From positions 152,243 through 216,242 of the forward strand of contig CAZBAJ010000001.1 of the NCBI GenBank assembly GCA_964490125.1: DNA of 64,000 bases, read 5' to 3'. The stretch comes from an uncultured Candidatus Saccharibacteria bacterium. GTDB taxonomy: Bacteria > Patescibacteriota > WWE3 > UBA101185 > UBA10185. Below the pieces are notes generated by a model, which did not search any database, was not told where the DNA came from, and saw nothing but the letters and a program-made list of their open reading frames with translations. The stretch's first letter is position 1. Every line of letters starts with the position of its first letter. Below, piece after piece: positions 8,702 to 16,297 of the stretch. A program made the translations under genes and the position numbers.

Positions 8702-9307
8702 ATGATAAAAGCAATCTGTTTTGATTTAGACGGTGTGTACTTTCTTAACGGGAAGTCCAATTTTATTAAAGCTCTGGTAAATTTAGGTGTGACGGAAGAC
8801 GAGGCTAAGCAGGTGTTTCTAAAATCGGACGAAATGAACGCCCGATACAAACTTGGCAAAATGACGGACGACGAATATTGGACTTGGGCGCTCAAGGAGT
8901 GGAAGTTGCAGATGTCGGTGCAAGAAATTCTCGATTTGCTAATAAAAGGCTATGATACTAATCCGCAAGCGGTTGAATATGTTAAAAAAGTGCGACAAGC
9001 TGGGTACAAAACGGTAATTTGCTCAAACAATTTTCCCGCACGAATTAATGGATTGCAAAAGAGGTTTGGTTTTTTGGACGACTTTGATGTGGTTGTGTTG
9101 TCGTACGAAGTAGGATTTGTAAAGCCCGACAAAGGGATTTTTGAGGCGTTGGTGAAAAAATCCGGCGTTCTGCCTACGGAGATTATTTACTCGGACGACG
9201 ACGAGTCTAAGATGTACGGTGCCAAAGAATTGGGGATTAATACTTTTCTGTATACTGATTTTCCCGCGTTTGTGGGACACTTGGGAGGTTTAGGGGTAAA
9301 AATATGA
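8702..9307 (+). CDS. HAD family phosphatase
   Basis: FDLDGV motif I, SN, KPD, DD motif IV; SD AAAGGAG. Confidence 0.92.
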   Translation: MIKAICFDLDGVYFLNGKSNFIKALVNLGVTEDEAKQVFLKSDEMNARYKLGKMTDDEYWTWALKEWKLQMSVQEILDLLIKGYDTNPQAVEYVKKVRQAGYKTVICSNNFPARINGLQKRFGFLDDFDVVVLSYEVGFVKPDKGIFEALVKKSGVLPTEIIYSDDDESKMYGAKELGINTFLYTDFPAFVGHLGGLGVKI

Positions 9308-9876
9308 TAACTAAAGACATAATCGAAAAAGCTAAACAACTAGCGTACTCCGATTCCATTGAAAATGGCGTGCCGTCGATATTTCAAATCGACTATGCAG
9401 TAGAGGTGGCAGTTAGGCTATCCGGTTTGGTGGGAGCGGATGTAGGTATTGTACAGATTGGAACTTATTTAATGGACTGTACTTTAGGAACAGCCTATAA
9501 ACAGGGAAAATTAGCTGACCATGTGACTATGTCGCACAGTAAGGCAAGGGAATTTCTTAACGCCTTTAAAGGCATTACGGAATTGGAAAAAGTAAATATT
9601 TTGGACTGTGTCTTAGAGCATCACGGTGCCACAAATTTTTCCTCTCTGGAATCAGAAGTTGTGTGTAATGCAGATTGTTACAAATTTCTGTCGGTAAAGG
9701 GGGTAGTTGGTGGAATCATGCATATGCGTGACATGGAAGTAGAACAGTTAGTCCAGATCTTTAAAGCTAAAGCCGATGAAAAGTGGGGAGCGTTAAGCCT
9801 GGGTGTTTGTAAAGAAGAATTAAAAGACCAGTACGAAAGTGTAAAGAAATTTTTAGGATGTTATACAAGTAAATGA
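9304..9876 (+). CDS. HD-domain-like protein (HD replaced by MD)
   Basis: YLMDC, LEHHG, CNADC arrangement typical of the HD fold. Confidence 0.65.
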   Translation: MITKDIIEKAKQLAYSDSIENGVPSIFQIDYAVEVAVRLSGLVGADVGIVQIGTYLMDCTLGTAYKQGKLADHVTMSHSKAREFLNAFKGITELEKVNILDCVLEHHGATNFSSLESEVVCNADCYKFLSVKGVVGGIMHMRDMEVEQLVQIFKAKADEKWGALSLGVCKEELKDQYESVKKFLGCYTSK

Positions 9877-9931
9877 AATTTGAAGTTCTTAATGTAAAAG
9901 TACAAAGTTAAAAAAGCAAAGAAAGGGGAAC

Positions 9932-10663
9932 ATGAAAAACATTTTATTGACTGGAATATCAGGTGGGATTGGTCAGGAGATTGCAAAAAATTTAGTTTCA
10001 GATGGTTATTTTGTCCACGGAATCTATAACGACCGTGAAAAAGAAGCCAAACGAATCGAGCAAGAGTTAAAAAGCGTCAAGCTTTACAAAATCGACCTAA
10101 GTAAAAGAGATCAAGTGCTTGGTTTAGTGTCAACACTTAAGGATATTAAGCTGAACGGTTTGATAAATAACGCGGGGGTATTTTACGACGATCCCTTGAG
10201 TAATCAAGACTTAAGTGTTTGGGATAAAACCTTGGAAATTAATCTTACCACTCCAATGATTTTAGTGCGAGGCTTGGCGGATAACTTTGAGAAAGGCGCA
10301 AGCATTGTAAATATCTCCTCAATTTACGGCACGCGGGTTATGGCTAACGATAGTTTATCTTATACCGCATCTAAATCGGCTTTGGCATCATTAACCAGGG
10401 CTTTGTCGGTAAGTTTTGCTGGTCGACAAATTAGAGTAAACGGGGTAGCCCCCGGTCCTGTAAATACACCGATAAATAGTGCCATGACGGAAGAAGCTAA
10501 GAAGGAAATAATTAGCCAGACGCCTTTAAGAGAATATTGCTCACCTAAGTATATTGCCGATGTTGTAAGCTTTCTGATGTCGGAAAAAGCTTACTGGATA
10601 AATGGCGAAGTTATTGTAGCTGATGGTGGACAAACAAATTTTCACAGTTTTTTTAGTGTGTGA
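9932..10663 (+). CDS. Short-chain dehydrogenase/reductase (FabG-like)
   Basis: TGISGGIG, NNAG, YTASK, VNGVAPG, ADGG. Confidence 0.93.
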   Translation: MKNILLTGISGGIGQEIAKNLVSDGYFVHGIYNDREKEAKRIEQELKSVKLYKIDLSKRDQVLGLVSTLKDIKLNGLINNAGVFYDDPLSNQDLSVWDKTLEINLTTPMILVRGLADNFEKGASIVNISSIYGTRVMANDSLSYTASKSALASLTRALSVSFAGRQIRVNGVAPGPVNTPINSAMTEEAKKEIISQTPLREYCSPKYIADVVSFLMSEKAYWINGEVIVADGGQTNFHSFFSV

Positions 10664-10665
10664 TT

Positions 10666-11898
10666 ATGAAAATTGTTATTACAGGAGGACATCATAGTAG
10701 CGCGTTGCCAGTGATTAAAAAGTTGCGGGAAAAGTATCCGCAGGTGCAAATTTATTGGTTCGGGCATAAATTTTCCGCTCAAGGGGATAAAAATCCCACG
10801 CTGGAGTTTCACGAGATTACCGCGCTTGGGATTCCTTTTTACCACATTCATGCGGGAAAGTTTTACCGCACGCTTAATTTAAAACGGCTGGCAAAAATTC
10901 CTTACGGGTTTTTTCAGTGCATGGGTTTGCTACTTAAACTAAAGCCCGATGCTATTTTGTCCTTTGGTGGTTACCTTGCCGTTCCCACGGTTTTAGCAGG
11001 TGGACTTTGGGGGATTCCTTCCGTTACGCACGAGCAAACAGTTGTTGCAGGATGGGCAAATTTGCTGGTATCCAAAGTCGCTAAAAAAGTTTTGATTTCT
11101 TGGCAGGAATCGGCTAAATATTTTCCCAAGGAAAAAACTGTGTTTGTGGGTTTGCCCTTGCGTGAGGCGATTTTTGAACTTAAGTCCAACAGTTTTGTTT
11201 TTAACAACAATTTACCGGTTATTTACATTACAACGGGAAAAATCGGTTCCCATATTATTAATAAGGTGGTGGGTGAGTGTTTGAGCAACTTATTGAATTT
11301 TTGCAATATTATTCACCAGTGTGGGGATAATTCTGTGTTTAACGATTTTGATACATTAAGTAAAATTTTGACTGATGTGGAAAGGGGCAGGCGATTGACG
11401 AGCGATTCCGCAGTCCGCCTTGGCGGACGAGGACTTAGTGAGCAGACGCGTACCTCGACGCAAAGTTCAGGGGCGTACTATTTGCGGAAGTTCATAATGG
11501 AGGACGAAATCGGTGAAGCCTACCAAAAAGCTAATTTAGTAGTATCAAGATCGGGTGCACACACTACGGCGGAACTTCTTGCGCTAAAAAAGTCGTGCAT
11601 ATTAATTCCTATTCCGTGGGTTTCCCATAATGAACAATTTGAAAACGCAAAACTGTTGGTTGACGCGGGACTTGGACAAATTTTGCCGGAAAAAGATTTG
11701 TCACCCCAAAATCTAGTCGACAGTATTAAAATCGCGCTGGGAGGAGAGAATCATAAGATTATCATAAGCGGTCAAAGTAATCAGAGTAGTCGGACAATCG
11801 ATGTAAGTGAAACCTCTTCGATCAGAAATCAGACACATCATGCGGATCCCGCGGAATTAATTATTCAGGAATTAATGTCGATAATAAAAAAGCCCTAA
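10666..11898 (+). CDS. murG: Undecaprenyl-PP-MurNAc-pentapeptide GlcNAc transferase
   Basis: TGGH, FGGY, HEQ, SRSGA, EQFENA; two apparent insertions. Confidence 0.9.
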   Translation: MKIVITGGHHSSALPVIKKLREKYPQVQIYWFGHKFSAQGDKNPTLEFHEITALGIPFYHIHAGKFYRTLNLKRLAKIPYGFFQCMGLLLKLKPDAILSFGGYLAVPTVLAGGLWGIPSVTHEQTVVAGWANLLVSKVAKKVLISWQESAKYFPKEKTVFVGLPLREAIFELKSNSFVFNNNLPVIYITTGKIGSHIINKVVGECLSNLLNFCNIIHQCGDNSVFNDFDTLSKILTDVERGRRLTSDSAVRLGGRGLSEQTRTSTQSSGAYYLRKFIMEDEIGEAYQKANLVVSRSGAHTTAELLALKKSCILIPIPWVSHNEQFENAKLLVDAGLGQILPEKDLSPQNLVDSIKIALGGENHKIIISGQSNQSSRTIDVSETSSIRNQTHHADPAELIIQELMSIIKKP

Positions 11899-11902
11899 TC
11901 CA

Positions 11903-12814
11903 ATGAAAAGAAAATCTGCCTCCACTTTAATATATTTTACGGAACAAAATCGCAAAAAGAGTCTGGTTAAACGCCCAAAACATGTCAACAAAGAGAGAAG
12001 GGCAAAAACCTTGCGGGGAATTGCAATAATAATAGTATTAGCTTTTCTCGTAGGACTGGGAATTTGGGGGTATGTAAAATACCAACCTTTGGAAATTACC
12101 GGGGTTATGGTTAACGGCGCCCAAAGATTTGTGAACGCGCAGGATGTTAAAGCCGTTGCGGAGGAAAAAGCCCTTGGCAAAAATATATTACTTTTAAACA
12201 CGGGCGACTTGGAAAACACCATAGCCAACAATTTCCTAGCCTCAAAATCGGTAAAAATTAGTCGCCAGTTGCCAAAGTCGTTAAAAGTACAAATTACGGA
12301 GCGGGTGCCTATTGCCCTAATTAAGTCGCAGGAAAAAGCCGTAACCTCTGCAGAGTCAAATTTTTACTTTGTGGACGCGGACGGTTTTGTTTTAGGACTA
12401 GCGGATAAATCGGCTACTAATTTGCCAGTCATAAATTATCAAGGGCAAGTGGAGGTGGGAAAGTTTGTTCAGTCGTCCGCCGTTGCCTACTATTTTGACT
12501 TGATTAAAGCCCTGGATGAAGACGGCATTGCCGTGTCGACCGTAAGTTCCTACCCCAGGTACACCGAGTTTTTTACTAGGGACGACGCCAAAGTATTAGT
12601 TAGCAATGGGCAGTCTGCCAAGTCGCAAGTTAAGATTTTTGCCAAGATGTTGGGTGCGTTTAAATCAGAAGGAAAAAAAGTTAAGCAAATTGATTTGAGA
12701 TTTGATAAAGTAATAGTAGAATTTGCTAACGAACCAGAACAAGCTAAGGATGCAAATGAGATTGACGATGCTAGCAGTGTAAGTGGTACGCCAAATGCAG
12801 AAAAACTAGACTAA
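11903..12814 (+). CDS. ftsQ: Cell division protein FtsQ/DivIB
   Basis: Basic N-tail, one TM, POTRA-like region, ERVP, IDLRF; precedes ftsA. Confidence 0.85.
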   Translation: MKRKSASTLIYFTEQNRKKSLVKRPKHVNKERRAKTLRGIAIIIVLAFLVGLGIWGYVKYQPLEITGVMVNGAQRFVNAQDVKAVAEEKALGKNILLLNTGDLENTIANNFLASKSVKISRQLPKSLKVQITERVPIALIKSQEKAVTSAESNFYFVDADGFVLGLADKSATNLPVINYQGQVEVGKFVQSSAVAYYFDLIKALDEDGIAVSTVSSYPRYTEFFTRDDAKVLVSNGQSAKSQVKIFAKMLGAFKSEGKKVKQIDLRFDKVIVEFANEPEQAKDANEIDDASSVSGTPNAEKLD

Positions 12815-12815
12815 C

Positions 12816-14099
12816 ATGCCAAAAGAAAAATATCTTACCGCAATAGACGCAGGCTCAACTAAAGTTTTAACCATTGTGGCAACAGTTTCCGACAATAAAC
12901 TTTCTGTGGTGGGCGTTTCTAAACTGCCGTCCAAAGGCATTAACAAGGCAGTGGTGGTTAATATTGACGAGGCAGTAGAGGCGATTTCCCAAAGTATTGA
13001 TCGGGCGGAAAAAATGGCGGGCGTGTCAATTTCCCAGGCGTTTATTACGGTTTCCGGTGGACATATCGAGACGCTAAATTCCCGCGGAGTGGTTGCAGTG
13101 GTGCCTCACGAGAGTAGCGAGATTACCCCGGAGCATGTAGCGCGGGCAACAGAGGCGGCGCAGGCGGTAAGTTTGCCGTCGTCTAGGGAAATTATTCATG
13201 TTATTCCGCGCGACTTTATTGTGGACGGTCAGGACGGCATTAAAGATCCCGTTGGCATGAGTGGCGTGCGACTGGAAGTGGAAACAAACATTATTCATGG
13301 TTTGGCGTCGTCAGTCCGTAATTTAGAGAAGTGCGTTAAGGCGGTAGGCGTGGAGGTAGAAGGCTTGGTGTTTACGGGTATTGCGTCGGCAGAAAGTGCG
13401 CTTACGGAAACAGAAAAAGAGTTGGGGACGGTTTTGGTGGATATTGGGGGAGGCAGTACCAGCATTGTGATTTTTGTGGACGGAGCCCCCGCGTATTCGG
13501 CGGTGTTGCCAATTGGCGGTAAACATGTAACTAACGATTTGGCTATTGGTTTGCGGGCGGGTTTGGACATTGCAGAAAAAGTCAAAATTAAACTAAGTAA
13601 CGAAAAGTTGGACTACATGAGTCTGGCGCGCGACTTTGAAAGACCCAGTTCCAAGCAAATGCCTTTAGGTCCGGATGAGTTTGATGTTACTGGTTACGGA
13701 TTGGAAACTAACACGATTTCTAAACGCGTTTTATACGGCATTATTGATCCGCGGTTAGAAGAAATTTTTGAACTAGTTAGCGGTGAGATTAAAAAAGCTA
13801 ATCTTTCTGGCAAGTTGCCGGCGGGGTGCGTGTTAACGGGTGGTGGTTCTTTAACGGTAGGTGCGGAGCGGGTGGCAAAAAATGTCTTAAAAATGCCTGT
13901 AAGAATAGGTTTTCCCAAGGGAATTTCCGGTTTAATAGACGACATTCAGGGACCGGATTCATCGTCCTGTGTAGGTGCGCTTATTTATGCGTCAAAAATG
14001 TTAAAAACAAAAAGCCTCTTGAATTCTTCTGCGGGAACGAGTAAGATTGCGTCAGTATTTAAGAATTTGTTTGCAAAGATCAAAAGCTTTCTGCCCTAA
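12816..14099 (+). CDS. ftsA: Cell division protein FtsA
   Basis: IDAGSTK, DPVGMSGVRLE, DIGGGST, LTGGGS. Confidence 0.97.
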   Translation: MPKEKYLTAIDAGSTKVLTIVATVSDNKLSVVGVSKLPSKGINKAVVVNIDEAVEAISQSIDRAEKMAGVSISQAFITVSGGHIETLNSRGVVAVVPHESSEITPEHVARATEAAQAVSLPSSREIIHVIPRDFIVDGQDGIKDPVGMSGVRLEVETNIIHGLASSVRNLEKCVKAVGVEVEGLVFTGIASAESALTETEKELGTVLVDIGGGSTSIVIFVDGAPAYSAVLPIGGKHVTNDLAIGLRAGLDIAEKVKIKLSNEKLDYMSLARDFERPSSKQMPLGPDEFDVTGYGLETNTISKRVLYGIIDPRLEEIFELVSGEIKKANLSGKLPAGCVLTGGGSLTVGAERVAKNVLKMPVRIGFPKGISGLIDDIQGPDSSSCVGALIYASKMLKTKSLLNSSAGTSKIASVFKNLFAKIKSFLP

Positions 14100-14111
14100 G
14101 CCTGTAATTTA

Positions 14112-15227
14112 ATGTTGGTAAAACCCGAAATAGAAAAGTTTGCAAAAATACGCGTGGTTGGTATTGGTGGTGCCGGTTGCAATGTTATTAACACCATGAT
14201 TGACTCTGGTCAAATTTCCGGTGTGGAATTTATTGCTGTTAACACGGATGCGCAGGCGCTTTCTGTTAGCAAAGCTATGGTAAAAATCCCTATTGGCCAG
14301 GATTTAACCCACGGTTTGGGTGCGGGTTCTAATCCGGAAATTGGTCGTAAAGCGGCAGAAGAGTCGCTTGACATTTTGCGGGGAAATTTAGAGGAGAGCG
14401 ACATGGTGTTTATTACCGCTGGTATGGGTGGAGGTACGGGTACAGGTGCGGCGCCAGTGATTGCCAGTCTAGCCAAGGAATTAGGGGCATTGACGGTGGG
14501 TGTAGTTACTAAACCGTTTGTCTTTGAGGGCGCACAAAGGATGTCCAACGCGGAGCGGGGTATTATAGAGCTTAAAAGTGAAGTTGACGCTTTAATTACC
14601 ATTCCCAATCAAAAACTATTGGATATTGCGGATGAAAAAATGAGCATTATTGAGGCGTTTAAAGTGTCAGACAGCATTTTGAATCAAGGCGTGCAGGGAA
14701 TTTCCGATTTGATTGTTATGCCGGGACTTATAAATGTGGACTTTGCGGATGTCCGGGCGATTATGAAGGACGCGGGGAGCGCTCTGATGGGCATTGGTAT
14801 TGGTACGGGTGCGGAGCGGGCGCAACAAGCGGCGCATTCGGCCATTTCCTCACCTTTGTTGGATGTTTCTATCGACGGGGCAACCGGCATTTTGTTTAAT
14901 GTTATTGGTGGACGGGATTTGACCATGCGAGAGGTTGACGAGGCAGCGCGGATTATCGGTCAATCTGCAAGTGCTGATGCCAATATAATTTTTGGGACGA
15001 CGATTGACGAGCGGATGGAAGACCAAATAAGGATTACCGTAATTGCCACAGGTTTTGACGACGCTACTAAAACACCTTACGGTATTCCAAGGGAAAAAAG
15101 ATCTAACTACACCATGGAATCAAAGGAGCAAAAGGCGGAAGTTGCTAAACAGCAGGAGATCGCACCCCAATCCGAGTCCGTTGATGACAACAAATACGAC
15201 ATCCCCGCCTTTTTACGCGGAAAATAA
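14112..15227 (+). CDS. ftsZ: Cell division protein FtsZ
   Basis: GGGTGTG, NVDFAD, C-terminal DIPAFLR. Confidence 0.99.
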   Translation: MLVKPEIEKFAKIRVVGIGGAGCNVINTMIDSGQISGVEFIAVNTDAQALSVSKAMVKIPIGQDLTHGLGAGSNPEIGRKAAEESLDILRGNLEESDMVFITAGMGGGTGTGAAPVIASLAKELGALTVGVVTKPFVFEGAQRMSNAERGIIELKSEVDALITIPNQKLLDIADEKMSIIEAFKVSDSILNQGVQGISDLIVMPGLINVDFADVRAIMKDAGSALMGIGIGTGAERAQQAAHSAISSPLLDVSIDGATGILFNVIGGRDLTMREVDEAARIIGQSASADANIIFGTTIDERMEDQIRITVIATGFDDATKTPYGIPREKRSNYTMESKEQKAEVAKQQEIAPQSESVDDNKYDIPAFLRGK

Positions 15228-15356
15228 GAAGCTAAATAAGTAGATCAGTGAGTTGCCACCGTTGTCCAGTTTGATTCTTGATACGCCGATAGCCCCGTTG
15301 TTACTGTATTCTCTAAAACCATTAGAAAATGCCTCAATAGAGCCGTATAACCGCCA

Positions 15357-15385
15357 TTGATTTATCGATCACCTTATGTTAAATT
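15357..15385 (+). promoter_or_regulatory. Sigma70-type promoter for the putative sRNA
   Basis: TTGATT (15357-62), 17 bp, TAAATT (15380-85) preceded by TGT extended -10. Confidence 0.6.
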
Positions 15386-15390
15386 GGTCT

Positions 15391-15545
15391 GGAAATATCC
15401 TAAGGCGCCGAGGATCTAACTTAATTGCTAGATACCGATTTGAAATACCGCAAGGTGCCGAGGTTTTCCACTTTATGTGGGATTCCGATTTGAATTGCCT
15501 TAGGATGTTTTAGAAACCCCCGTTGTTAAAGCGGGGTTTTTCTTT
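15391..15545 (+). ncRNA. Putative repeat-structured sRNA convergent with the PemK/MazF toxin
   Basis: 50-nt periodic units with conserved flanks and variable hairpins, upstream promoter, terminal GC hairpin plus U-tract (15514-15545). Confidence 0.55.
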
Positions 15546-15931
15546 ATAAACAAGACAAGTTTATTCCTGATGTTGTCCGCATCCGTCTTTGAGACATTAA
15601 AATATTTTCTAGTTAATCTTTTTACGCTAATTAGCCTTAGTTGGGAGAGAATCGCGGATTCCTTTACACCGTTAGGAGCTGTAAAGTTATAATAAAAGTA
15701 GAGAGCTTTCTGTTTTGTTGTTAGAGGAACAGCCCAAAACATGTTTTGATTAAACTTCTTGATTAACAAAACAGGTCTTAAAAATTTTTGTCCACTTCCA
15801 CATTGCTCGTAGCCTATGTTCTTTCCTAAGCTACACATCCAAACCTCGTTTTCTTTTGGAAAAAACAGTCGTGGTAACTTTCTTGAGTCAATCGCGCGCT
15901 TGAGTATAATCCATCTGTCAAAATCGTCCAT
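15500..15931 (-). CDS. PemK/MazF-like endoribonuclease toxin (orphan)
   Basis: EVWMCSLGKNIGYEQ, RPVL, VPLTT, LSQLRLIS-x-KRL. Confidence 0.88.
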   Translation of the reverse strand: MDDFDRWIILKRAIDSRKLPRLFFPKENEVWMCSLGKNIGYEQCGSGQKFLRPVLLIKKFNQNMFWAVPLTTKQKALYFYYNFTAPNGVKESAILSQLRLISVKRLTRKYFNVSKTDADNIRNKLVLFIKKNPALTTGVSKTS

Positions 15932-16297
15932 AGGTTTTTACAACATAGCTTGAGTGATCTTTTTTGACAAGACAGTCCTCTCTAATCTGAATAGAATTTA
16001 TTGTCATGACTGGATAAACCGAATAATCTATTGTTACTTCTAGATTTCAAGAATTCCCCCAAGTTAAATAAGTGGCGATTAAAAATTAGTTCGAACACGA
16101 TTTTCTAGCTGTTGTATCAAGGTTTTTATTACAAACTAACAATCCGGATTGTTTGCAGTCGCCCGGCTAATTTGAGAGTATGTAAAAGTCGCATAAAAAC
16201 GACAAGTAAAAATTTAACGGACTTAAAAAGTCCAATAAGGGTTGTGGATTAACTACTTTCTCGGCAGTGCAAAGTCGTTAACCCATAAAGTCTGCCT

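Noticed and set aside
9872-9920. A-rich 7-nt-like repeats before the SDR gene
   Set aside because: Too short and degenerate to distinguish from an AT-rich spacer
15391-15540. 50-nt repeat array as a mini-CRISPR
   Set aside because: Repeats are degenerate, the variable parts are ~20-nt self-complementary hairpins rather than spacers, and there are no cas genes in the window
15932-16297. Cobalamin riboswitch or NrdR boxes upstream of nrdJ
   Set aside because: No B12-box or clear NrdR consensus recognised; only a short palindrome AACAATCCGGATTGTT (16138-16153)
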